Below, in pieces: positions 55,677 through 63,265 of a stretch of 64,000 bases of DNA. Source of the stretch: an uncultured Methanosarcinales archaeon (GTDB lineage Archaea > Nanobdellota > Nanobdellia > Woesearchaeales > UBA11576). Where the stretch lies: NCBI GenBank assembly GCA_964406185.1, contig CAYOQS010000001.1:6121-70120 (forward strand), given 5' to 3'. The notes under the pieces are model-generated. The model did no database searches, was not told the DNA's origin, and saw nothing but the letters and a program-made list of their open reading frames with translations. Numbering within the stretch: position 1 is the first letter of the stretch; every line of letters starts with the position of its first letter. Position numbers and translations under genes: made by a program.

Positions 55677-57272
55677 CTACTGGAGCCTCACCCCTTCAAA
55701 TGTTGTTGTAGCCCGTCCTTCTTTATTATGCTTTCGCATCCCGACAAAATCGTCAGCGGACTCTCGCGCGTATCTCTCGAACAGGGGGATCTTGATGGGT
55801 GTCGCGAACTTGACGAAGTTGCTCGTGACTATCGCCTCTCCCTTGTCAAGGGATGCTATGCTCCTGTCATCTGTGGACAGGTCCTGTGATGCCGACTCGA
55901 TTATCGCCTGCCTTTCCGGTTTCATTTCCATACCCAGCACTATCTTGGTGTTCATGTTGGCCAATACCTCGCGGGGTATGAGTGACGGGAGCTGTGTTAT
56001 GGCGCAGAGGCCTACCTTGAACTTCCTGCCTTCGCGCGCTATGGTGCTGAATATGTTCGGGCCTGACTCGAGCACCTCTTTGCCAAGCACGCGCGGAGCC
56101 TCTTCCAGCACGACGGAGACGACCGGCTTTGCCTCCAGTGTCCCGCTTCGTTTGTATCTCTTGTAACGCCTGAAGACCTCTGTTATCATCATGCTTCCTA
56201 TCATTATCTCGACAGCTCCGCCGAATCCTGAAGTGTCCACCACGACTGTCTTGCCTCTTTCGACCTCTCCGGCTATGTCCTTGATGGTGCTCTCCCCTGC
56301 TGCGTAGTCGAACACTCCCCTGCAGCTGACCTGTCCTGAATCTACTGTGATGTCGAGGAGCTGCATCAGCCTCCGCCTGAGAACGCTGACTGTGGCTTCG
56401 TGGAAATCGACATTGAGCGGCTTCTCGAGCACGACTGCCTCCACCCATCTGCTGCCGTGTTCGCGGTAGTATGCGTTCATCGCCTGCTTCTGCGGATCAG
56501 AGAAAGCCACAGCTCCCCTGAAATGATCAGGCCTTATCTGGTTGATGTTTATCTTGAGGGAGTACGCTCCTGGCGGCGGATCACGGGGGGTGTAGTATGA
56601 CAGCCTTCCGCTTTCGGGATGGTCTTTCAGCCCTGTGCTGTTCCTTCCGTAGTACTCGTCATGGGGGTCGAGCACTATGGTACCGCAGTAGTCCCTGTCC
56701 ATGAGGCTCCACAGCATGACTTTCACTAGGTTGCTCTTGCCTCGTCCTGTGGTGGCAGCTATGAGCACGTGGTGAGGGAAGACCTTCCTGCCGGGCAGGC
56801 TTATGGGCACGTCAAGCATCTTTGATCCTGATCTGAGTTTGCCGAGGAAGAGCGGGTTTGGAGGTGCCACCATGAAATTGAGGTCTTGCTCCTGCACGCC
56901 TCTCAGCTCGGAGAAGAATCGGGGCAGCCTCTTGCAGAGCTGCATGTCTTTTCCCTTTATTATCGCGATGGGTTTTGAGAAAGCTATGGTGTAGTTGCGC
57001 ACGTTCTCATCGAAGAAGGATACATCGGTTCCGTCCTCAAGCTTCATCCCGGATATGAGCTCGAGGTTCTGCTGTGATATCTGGCTTCCGTACGTCAGGT
57101 CATAGACCTGGAGGAGTATCTTATGCTCGGTTTCCTTGTCTTCGGATATGAGGAGCTCTCCTATCTCCATTGGCTGGTCGGATTTCTGCCTTATGCATAC
57201 TTTTCCCAGCTCTCCTCCTACTACCTGCCCTTTAGTATATCCTTCCATCTCTTCTTCTGCCTCTTCTTCCAT
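55677..57272 (-). CDS. herA: HerA-like hexameric ATPase/helicase (HAS-barrel + DUF87 P-loop)
   Basis: 531 aa. The N-terminal barrel-like region is [15 protein letters not shown]...IGELLISED. Walker A is [14 protein letters not shown] and Walker B is [14 protein letters not shown], with a late motif [14 protein letters not shown]-like ctttaaataat lies about 25 nt upstream of the ATG on the minus strand. Confidence 0.8.
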   Translation of the reverse strand: MEEEAEEEMEGYTKGQVVGGELGKVCIRQKSDQPMEIGELLISEDKETEHKILLQVYDLTYGSQISQQNLELISGMKLEDGTDVSFFDENVRNYTIAFSKPIAIIKGKDMQLCKRLPRFFSELRGVQEQDLNFMVAPPNPLFLGKLRSGSKMLDVPISLPGRKVFPHHVLIAATTGRGKSNLVKVMLWSLMDRDYCGTIVLDPHDEYYGRNSTGLKDHPESGRLSYYTPRDPPPGAYSLKININQIRPDHFRGAVAFSDPQKQAMNAYYREHGSRWVEAVVLEKPLNVDFHEATVSVLRRRLMQLLDITVDSGQVSCRGVFDYAAGESTIKDIAGEVERGKTVVVDTSGFGGAVEIMIGSMMITEVFRRYKRYKRSGTLEAKPVVSVVLEEAPRVLGKEVLESGPNIFSTIAREGRKFKVGLCAITQLPSLIPREVLANMNTKIVLGMEMKPERQAIIESASQDLSTDDRSIASLDKGEAIVTSNFVKFATPIKIPLFERYARESADDFVGMRKHNKEGRATTTFEGVRLQ

Positions 57273-57389
57273 CTCATTGGCAGGTAACCTTGAGTATTAT
57301 TTAAAGTTGTATTGTCAAGCACGGGTGACGATAGCTGTAAGGGATGTATTGGAAGAAAAAGAGGTGAAAGGATAGAAAGAAAAGATAGG

Positions 57390-57408
57390 AAAAAAAAAGA
57401 AAAAAAAA
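57390..57408 (-). terminator. oligo-T (T9-C-T9 on the minus strand) after the lysine-rich gene
   Basis: The plus strand reads aaaaaaaaagaaaaaaaaa, 16 nt beyond the TAA at 57424-57426. Confidence 0.45.
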
Positions 57409-57423
57409 TGTGTCGTGAAGGGC

Positions 57424-57852
57424 TTATTTCTTCTTGGCCTTTTTCTTGGCTTTCTTCTTGGTCGTCTTGGCCTTCTTCTTCACTTTCTTCTTGGCCTTCT
57501 TGACCTTCTTCTTGGCCTTCTTCGTGGCTTTCTTGGCCTTCTTCTTCACTTTCTTCTTGGCCTTCTTGACCTTCTTCTTCGCCTTCTTCGTGGCTTTCTT
57601 GGCCTTCTTCTTTCCCTTCTTTTTCTTGCCGCCTCTCACCATCTTTGCACAGGATATGTCTCCCTTCTTGTCGATGAAGTAGAGGAAGCCCGGCTTCTTC
57701 TTGACTCCGACCTTGGCGACTTTCTTCGGTTTGCCTGCCTTGCCTCCTCGGCCGCGGGCCATCTTCGCGCAGGATACGTCTCCATTCTTGTCGACGAAAT
57801 AGAGATATCCTGGCTCTTTCTTAACACCAACCTTTGCAACTTTTTGTGCCAT
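57424..57852 (-). CDS. lysine-rich protein with a duplicated roughly 35-aa N-terminal module and a histone-H1-like KKAKK repeat tail (putative nucleic-acid binding)
   Basis: 142 aa. The module VAKVGVKK(E/K)PG(Y/F)LYF(V/I)DK(N/K)GD(V/I)SCAKM(A/V)RG occurs twice. The tail is (KKAKKATKKAKKKVKKAKKKVK)x2 plus more. Confidence 0.65.
   Translation of the reverse strand: MAQKVAKVGVKKEPGYLYFVDKNGDVSCAKMARGRGGKAGKPKKVAKVGVKKKPGFLYFIDKKGDISCAKMVRGGKKKKGKKKAKKATKKAKKKVKKAKKKVKKKAKKATKKAKKKVKKAKKKVKKKAKTTKKKAKKKAKKK
57469..57612. repeat. 66-nt direct tandem repeat, 2 copies (1 mismatch) plus a 12-nt partial third copy, inside the lysine-rich gene
   Basis: Units at 57469-57534 and 57535-57600 differ only G/C at one position. 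The period is in frame (22 aa). Confidence 0.9.
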
Positions 57853-57974
57853 TTTGGACCTCCGTTTTTCTCTGGGGAAAAACCACCTTTACCCCACGAA
57901 GACTAGTATTTAAATGTTTTGATTTGACCGTCGAGGTCTCGACCAGAAAAAGGGTTTGTCTCGTCGGGAAAGCC

Positions 57975-58682
57975 TTATCCGCCGGCTTGCGGAGACACCT
58001 CGAGCTCTACCAGCTCGTCTATCTCCTGGCGGGATATCGCGCACCCGTGCAGCTTTATGCCCCAGAGCAGGGACTCGACAAGGGTCTTCCTCGCGTCGTC
58101 TGTCTTGAGCAGGTACTTGTCGAGGAAGCCTTTCTCGTAGGCCACCATGACCAGCTCGACGGACCGGAGTATCTTGACGCCCTTCAGCCATCCCTGTATC
58201 TTCTTCAGGTTCTGCTTGTTCATGGTTATCTTGTATCTTGTCTTCTTGGCCAGCCTGCCCGATATGTCTTCAGGGTTCTCGACCAGCATCTTGGTGATCC
58301 TCTCATCGACGACCAGAGCTGACGAGTTGAGGACTATTGCTGCTGCGAGGGCCTCCATCTCTGCGTATTGGACTATCTTTATCCAGTTCCCGCTTGCCTT
58401 GAAGAGGTGGTTCGCCAGTTCAAGGAGCTCTTCTGCCAATGCCTTGATCTTGGGTGTGTCGACGACGGTCAGGACTGCCTTGTTTATCCTGTGGCTTACC
58501 TGGAGCGCCTCGAACTTGAACTTCTTTGACTTGAGGGGGTTGTCTACCAGCTCCGACTTGACCGCGCGGGGTATGTAGAAGTCTCCTTCGAAAGATTCCT
58601 TGAGGTAGTCGAGCACCCAGAGCAGGTTGTTTGTAGTCAGGCTTATCACCGGTCCCGCATCGAATACTATTGATCTCATCAT
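57975..58682 (-). CDS. PIN-like (DUF3368-like) putative nuclease
   Basis: From ATG 58682: MMRSIVFDAGPVISLTTNNLL..., the typical N-terminal strand plus Asp of PIN-like proteins. The start lies 1 nt after the TAA of the upstream gene; the track start at 58754 overlaps that gene. Confidence 0.45.
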   Translation of the reverse strand: MMRSIVFDAGPVISLTTNNLLWVLDYLKESFEGDFYIPRAVKSELVDNPLKSKKFKFEALQVSHRINKAVLTVVDTPKIKALAEELLELANHLFKASGNWIKIVQYAEMEALAAAIVLNSSALVVDERITKMLVENPEDISGRLAKKTRYKITMNKQNLKKIQGWLKGVKILRSVELVMVAYEKGFLDKYLLKTDDARKTLVESLLWGIKLHGCAISRQEIDELVELEVSPQAGG

Positions 58683-58683
58683 A

Positions 58684-59250
58684 TTATCCCTGTCCGAAGA
58701 GCGATCTTGCGAGGTTGAGCCTCCTCTCGACATGGCTGACCTTGCCGTCCTCATCGTGTATCCTGGTCTTGCCTATGTAGCTCATGAGCTCCCATCTGCC
58801 TATGCCGAGAAGGTCTGCAGCCCTTGCCGCGCTTATGCCGTGCTCGTACAGCCTGCTGCCCTTCTTTATCTGGGCCTTATCCAGGACGCGCTCTACATAT
58901 AACCGGTATTTCTTGTCTAGTGTAGCTGTGAAGTCGGATATCCTCTTCATCTTCTCCTTGTATTCTTCCAGCTTGTCATGCTCGAGTGATTCCTGTGCGC
59001 TGCCGAGCATGTTCCTTACCTGCTCTGAGTATTCTGAGTCGAAGCCCCATCTCTCGAGCAGTTTGGATATGGCGTATATCAGGACGGCGACCGTCAGGGA
59101 GTCAGGATCCTGGTATATGCTTGCATTGTCTATGGTGTGGTCGCTGAGATGCTTCAGCTTTTTCGAATCTTTCCTGTTGATGTACCGCTGGCCCTTCTTG
59201 AGAACTTGGATGATGCTCTTTTTTGCGGGTTTGGGGATGTTGATTTCCAT
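58684..59250 (-). CDS. helical protein with a C-terminal UPF0175-like HTH (antitoxin-like)
   Basis: 188 aa. The C-terminal LYEHGISAARAADLLGIGRWELMSYIGKTRI resembles UPF0175 HTH antitoxins. It is tightly coupled to the PIN-like gene. Confidence 0.45.
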   Translation of the reverse strand: MEINIPKPAKKSIIQVLKKGQRYINRKDSKKLKHLSDHTIDNASIYQDPDSLTVAVLIYAISKLLERWGFDSEYSEQVRNMLGSAQESLEHDKLEEYKEKMKRISDFTATLDKKYRLYVERVLDKAQIKKGSRLYEHGISAARAADLLGIGRWELMSYIGKTRIHDEDGKVSHVERRLNLARSLFGQG

Positions 59251-59392
59251 GCTCCTGACGCTGTTTTGTGCGTATTTAAAATTTTCGCAGTTTTTCGGTC
59301 CGTAAGGAGGTTATGGAGGTTTAAAAGGTGGTCCGGCCTGCAAGGCAAAGTTTTTTAAACATATCTTATATTTTTTATCGGCAGGTGATTGT

Positions 59393-59869
59393 ATGTTGAT
59401 AAAAGATCTTCAGCCCCGTCAGACCAATGTTGATGTCGAGGGGGAAGTGCTGGAAGTGAGCGATGTCAGGGAGTTCACCAAGTTCGGCAGGCAGGGCCGT
59501 GTAGCGAGCGCGATTATCACGGACGGTTCGGGCAAGGTCAAGCTTTCTCTGTGGAATGAGCAGATCGAGCAGGTGAAGCCCGGCGATACTGTCAGGATCA
59601 TGAAGGGTTATGTCAGCGAGTTCCAGGGTGAGCTCCAGCTTACCACGGGCAAGTTCGGCACTCTTGAGGTCGTGAAGGGTGACGGGAAGGAAGGAGTAGC
59701 TGCTGAGGAGGAAAAGCCACCTGAGCCGGAACCAGAGCCAGAGCAGCAGGCGGCGTCTTCTGAAGGATCTGCTCCTGAGAAAAATCCTTTGCCTGAAGAG
59801 GCGGAGCCTGAGAAGAAGGTGACCGCTCCGCAGGAATCTCTTGATGTTGAGGAGGAAGACTTCTCCTGA
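59393..59869 (+). CDS. single OB-fold ssDNA-binding protein (SSB/RPA-like) with an acidic flexible tail
   Basis: 158 aa. The OB-fold pattern is VDVEGEVLEVSDVREF...GRVASAIITDGSGKVKLSLWNEQ...GDTVRI..GYVSEFQGELQL, then a PE-rich linker and an acidic end LDVEEEDFS. AGGTGAT lies 4 nt before the ATG. Confidence 0.6.
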   Translation: MLIKDLQPRQTNVDVEGEVLEVSDVREFTKFGRQGRVASAIITDGSGKVKLSLWNEQIEQVKPGDTVRIMKGYVSEFQGELQLTTGKFGTLEVVKGDGKEGVAAEEEKPPEPEPEPEQQAASSEGSAPEKNPLPEEAEPEKKVTAPQESLDVEEEDFS

Positions 59870-59957
59870 ACAAAAGTTATATAAAGAGAAAATAATCTTC
59901 GTTCTGCACTTAGATTGTCAGGGCTTTGGCCGATGAGATGTTATTTGAGTACCAAAT

Positions 59958-60168
59958 GGGGCGGTAGCTCAATCTGGGACCTGCTGAGCTTGTGAAGCTG
60001 GCGGCAGGAAAGAGCACACAGTGCAAAACACTGGCTTAAACGGCTGAAGATTTTTCAGTGCAGATTGGAGTAGTATCTTATCGGATACCGTGGTGTTCCG
60101 GGTTCAAATTTAAAGCTACGCTTTAAAGCTGAAAATGCGGAGTTTTTTTGGAAGTCCCGGCCGTCCCA
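59958..60168 (+). tRNA. tRNA-Phe (anticodon GAA) with four putative BHB introns
   Basis: The exons are 59958-59978, 60011-60017, 60040-60049, 60087-60108 and 60155-60168. Joined, they give the 74-nt GGGGCGGTAGCTCAATCTGGGAGAGCACACGGCTGAAGACCGTGGTGTTCCGGGTTCAAATCCCGGCCGTCCCA. This folds as a full cloverleaf with anticodon loop CTGAAGA and T-loop TTCAAAT. No CCA is encoded, and TTTT follows at 60169. Confidence 0.8.
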
Positions 60169-60180
60169 TTTTAGAAATGC

Positions 60181-60253
60181 AAAATCCCGATGAAGTCGGG
60201 ATTTTGTGTTTTCAAATGCTCGATGATCCCAGACGACCGAAGGGAGTCGGGAT
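60181..60253. repeat. two related hairpins sharing the arm TCGGGAT between the convergent tRNA and Zn-ribbon operon
   Basis: H1 is AAAATCCCGA-tgaag-TCGGGATTTT (60181-60205, 10 bp perfect). H2 is ATCCCaGAC-gaccgaaggga-GTCGGGAT (60226-60253, 8 bp with one bulge). Confidence 0.6.
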
Positions 60254-60300
60254 TATCTTTGTATTTGAGAAATGTCTAATACCTTACCGGTTCTTAAGAA

Positions 60301-60696
60301 CTAATCCTTCTTCTCCCTGAACTCGCTCCTTCTCTGGAATGTCTCTGCGACGTCTATCATGTACTTGCCTTCTGCGAGCTTGAACACTACTGGTTTTTCC
60401 TTGTTGAACAGCTGCACCAGGTCGAGCTCGAACTTGCCCGGCTCTGTTATGCGTATAGACTCAAGATCAAGCACTACTGCTTCGTCTGTGTCTTCCACAC
60501 CTATTATCTCCTTGACGTCCTCTTCTATCTGGTCTTTCTGCTCTTCGGTCAGTGTGGTGGTTATGGTCTTCGCTTTCTCCAGCGAGTCTTTCTTGACATA
60601 GAACCAGAGTCTTGAACCGCATCCGCAGCCTTTGAGCAGGAGCTGTGAGTCTCCGTCATCGTGGAGCTTTCCGCATCTTACGCATTGGTGGGGCAT
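60301..60696 (-). CDS. Zn-ribbon-containing protein (conserved archaeal, COG3364-like)
   Basis: 131 aa with MPHQCVRCGKLHDDGDSQLLLKGCGCGSRLWFYV. The ATG overlaps the stop of the upstream gene (TAATG). Confidence 0.7.
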   Translation of the reverse strand: MPHQCVRCGKLHDDGDSQLLLKGCGCGSRLWFYVKKDSLEKAKTITTTLTEEQKDQIEEDVKEIIGVEDTDEAVVLDLESIRITEPGKFELDLVQLFNKEKPVVFKLAEGKYMIDVAETFQRRSEFREKKD

Positions 60697-61112
60697 TATG
60701 TTTTACCTTTCTTCTTTCGCTTCCTGGGCCTGCTCTTCTTTTTCGTGTCCTGTGTGAAAAGCTGTATCTTGTTGGGGTCTTTCTTTATCTCTTTGACTAT
60801 GGAAGCCGGTCCGATTATGGTGAGTCCCTGCCTGTCTCCGAGGAGCATGTTGATGAAGCCCTGCTTGACCTTGCCAAGCGCTGCAGCTTTTTGGGCTTCA
60901 GGGTATATGACGGCGAGCTCTATGCCTTTGAACTCTGCGTTTATCTCTTCCATGGTGGTCTTGATGAGCTCGGTCTCCTCTTCCTTTCGCAGCCTTCCTT
61001 CGAGAAGGACTATCTTGTCTTCTTTCACTGCGTTGAGCAGCTTGCGTATCCTTCCGAGGGAGCTGAGGCTCTCGATTTCCCCGTACGGTATGAATTGTAG
61101 TGTCAGTCCCAT
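60696..61112 (-). CDS. DUF2073-like protein
   Basis: 138 aa. LQFIPYGEIESLSSLGRIRKLLNAVKEDKIVLLEGRLRKEEETELIKTTMEEINAEFKGIEL matches my recollection of the DUF2073 pattern. It has a basic tail. Confidence 0.6.
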   Translation of the reverse strand: MGLTLQFIPYGEIESLSSLGRIRKLLNAVKEDKIVLLEGRLRKEEETELIKTTMEEINAEFKGIELAVIYPEAQKAAALGKVKQGFINMLLGDRQGLTIIGPASIVKEIKKDPNKIQLFTQDTKKKSRPRKRKKKGKT

Positions 61113-61118
61113 CTCTGC

Positions 61119-61751
61119 TCACCTGGCTATCTCGAAGAGCTTCTCGTAGAACTCTTCCATGTTGGTCCCTTTCTTTGCTGATATGCCTATGACTTCGTAT
61201 TGCGGGAAGGCTGCCTTGACTTTCTTGAGCTTTGACCTCTTGAGGTCCGTCTTGTTGCCGAGCACGAGCACGGGTATGTCCCTTGCTGCGAGGTTCCCTA
61301 TGATTGTTATGTTGACCTGTGAGAATGGGTCTTTTGTGGAGTCGAGCACTACTATGACCACGTCCATGTTGTCAAGCCATTTTATGGCGTCGATGACTCC
61401 TTTTGTCGCTTCTTTCGCACGCCTCTTGGCATCTGCTGCTTTCATCCCTTTCTTCAGGAAGTCTTCATAGTCTATCTTGGTGGCTATGCCCGGCGTGTCG
61501 ACGAGGCTGAATGAGAGCTCCTTGTTGTCTTTCTTGACCGATATCTTCTCTTTTATCTGGACCTCTCTGGTCTCGTGTTCGATGTTAGAAACAGATCCCA
61601 TCTCTTCGCCGAGCCAGTCCATGCATAGGCGGTTGGCGAGTGTGGTCTTGCCTCCGTTTGGGGGGCCGTAAAGTCCTATCTTGAGTGATTTTCTTTTCCT
61701 GAAGATGTCTTTGAACATCTTTTTTATGAATTTCTTCACAAGCCTTATCAT
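61119..61751 (-). CDS. small GTP-binding protein (Era/HSR1-like TRAFAC GTPase)
   Basis: 210 aa with G1 GPPNGGKTT, G3 DTPG, G4 GNKTD and G5 SAKKG. Confidence 0.85.
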   Translation of the reverse strand: MIRLVKKFIKKMFKDIFRKRKSLKIGLYGPPNGGKTTLANRLCMDWLGEEMGSVSNIEHETREVQIKEKISVKKDNKELSFSLVDTPGIATKIDYEDFLKKGMKAADAKRRAKEATKGVIDAIKWLDNMDVVIVVLDSTKDPFSQVNITIIGNLAARDIPVLVLGNKTDLKRSKLKKVKAAFPQYEVIGISAKKGTNMEEFYEKLFEIAR

Positions 61752-61936
61752 CAGGTCACCGTCTTTGTTTTCAGTCTCTTTTTTAAGTATTTATGTATGT
61801 TTTGCGTGGACCGTGCGGGGTATCTGTGGTTCTTGACGCGGCCTGTCCAGAAAATTTTTGGGGCGTTTATATACCTTTCGGTCGGTTCGGCCGGGATTGT
61901 TTCGGCGGTTTTTCTGGCTTTAGGTCTATTACAGAA

Positions 61937-63121
61937 TCATTGTTTTGATGTCTTCAGGCTTTCGCGGACTATGCTCTTGACGAGTGCAACATCCTTTTCA
62001 CATACTTCTTTCCTCAGTTCCATCCGCGCCGCCGCTTTTGCCATCCTGGAGAAACCGACGACCATCCTCGGCGATATCTCGACGAGGTATTTCTTCTCGT
62101 TCTCCTTGATGTCTGCTATGAAATCGACGATCTCCTGCTCGAACCTTTTCGGCAGCTTTATTTCTCCGAGGGAGTGAGCTTTCCTTACGTATTCCTTGAG
62201 GAATTCGTTCTCTTTCTGTGTGAGCGACTGCTTTTTCTTGTTTAGCAGCGCTTTCGTTATCTGCTTGAACTCTTCTATGTCATGTTTCCTTACGAGGAAT
62301 GTGAGGTGGAACCGGGAGAGCAGGGCCGCGTCGAACGGGAGCTGTTTCTTGAGTTCGCCGACCTTTTCACCGACGAACTTGTCGCCTTTGGGGTTTGCTG
62401 TGGCAAGGACCGATATGCGCGCGTCGAACTTGTAGGAGTGGCCTCCTTTGTCGTATGACACGAAGCCTTTTTCCATCGCGTTGTACAGCGATGCTCTTGA
62501 TTCCTCTTTCATGAGGTTGAGCTCGTCTATCGCGCAGAGCCCGTTGTCTGCCATGGGTAGCAGGCCTTTCACGACTTCCTTGCCTTTTACCGTGACTGCA
62601 AGACCGACGCCTGACGTACCTGACCCTAGTCCCATAGATGAGACTGGTGCAAGCTCTGTGGCTGCGCTGAGTATCTGTGTCTTTCCTGTGCCCGGATCTC
62701 CCAACAGAAGTATATGTATGTGTTCAGGTGAGAACAGCTGGAGCGCGACGGCTTTTTTCACCGTCTCGAAACCTACGATGTTTGGGGCTATCATCTGCGA
62801 GCATTTGTCAAGGACTGTCTTGGAGAACTCTTCTGATATTGTCTCGTCTGTCTTCTCTTTTATCCTGTCGTTCACTTCCCTGACGATCTCCTTCGTCTCT
62901 GGACAGGGGGATTTGGCTGACAGCTTTGGTATGGTGAGGTTGTCGACAAGCCCTGCGAGGGAGAAGTTCTCCTTCTCTATCGTTATCTTCCTTTCTTTCA
63001 GAAGTCCCTTTATCGCGCGTCTCTGTCTTGGGGATGTGTACCACTCAAGAGAGTCAAGGGCTTTCTCCTCTTCCTGCGATAGCTTCCGCATGCGTCTGAT
63101 GATGTCAATGAATTCTGCCAT
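61937..63121 (-). CDS. MCM-family AAA+ protein lacking the canonical N-terminal OB/Zn domain
   Basis: 394 aa with Walker A LLLGDPGTGKTQ, Walker B CAIDELNLM, NAMEKGFVSYDKGG...ARISVLATANP and the Arg finger LLSRFHLTFLV. Only about 130 aa precede the AAA+ core, versus about 250 in canonical MCM. Confidence 0.8.
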   Translation of the reverse strand: MAEFIDIIRRMRKLSQEEEKALDSLEWYTSPRQRRAIKGLLKERKITIEKENFSLAGLVDNLTIPKLSAKSPCPETKEIVREVNDRIKEKTDETISEEFSKTVLDKCSQMIAPNIVGFETVKKAVALQLFSPEHIHILLLGDPGTGKTQILSAATELAPVSSMGLGSGTSGVGLAVTVKGKEVVKGLLPMADNGLCAIDELNLMKEESRASLYNAMEKGFVSYDKGGHSYKFDARISVLATANPKGDKFVGEKVGELKKQLPFDAALLSRFHLTFLVRKHDIEEFKQITKALLNKKKQSLTQKENEFLKEYVRKAHSLGEIKLPKRFEQEIVDFIADIKENEKKYLVEISPRMVVGFSRMAKAAARMELRKEVCEKDVALVKSIVRESLKTSKQ

Positions 63122-63265
63122 GTTCAGCCCCCTGAGTTGGATACTTGCCTGGAAATATATATGGTATGTAACAGTATATCGTATGCTATCTTGTATGGTT
63201 TCTGTCTGTCAGGAATAGTATAAAAAGCTTGTCATGCTTTTTTTATTGTATGGCTGTAAATGTCG

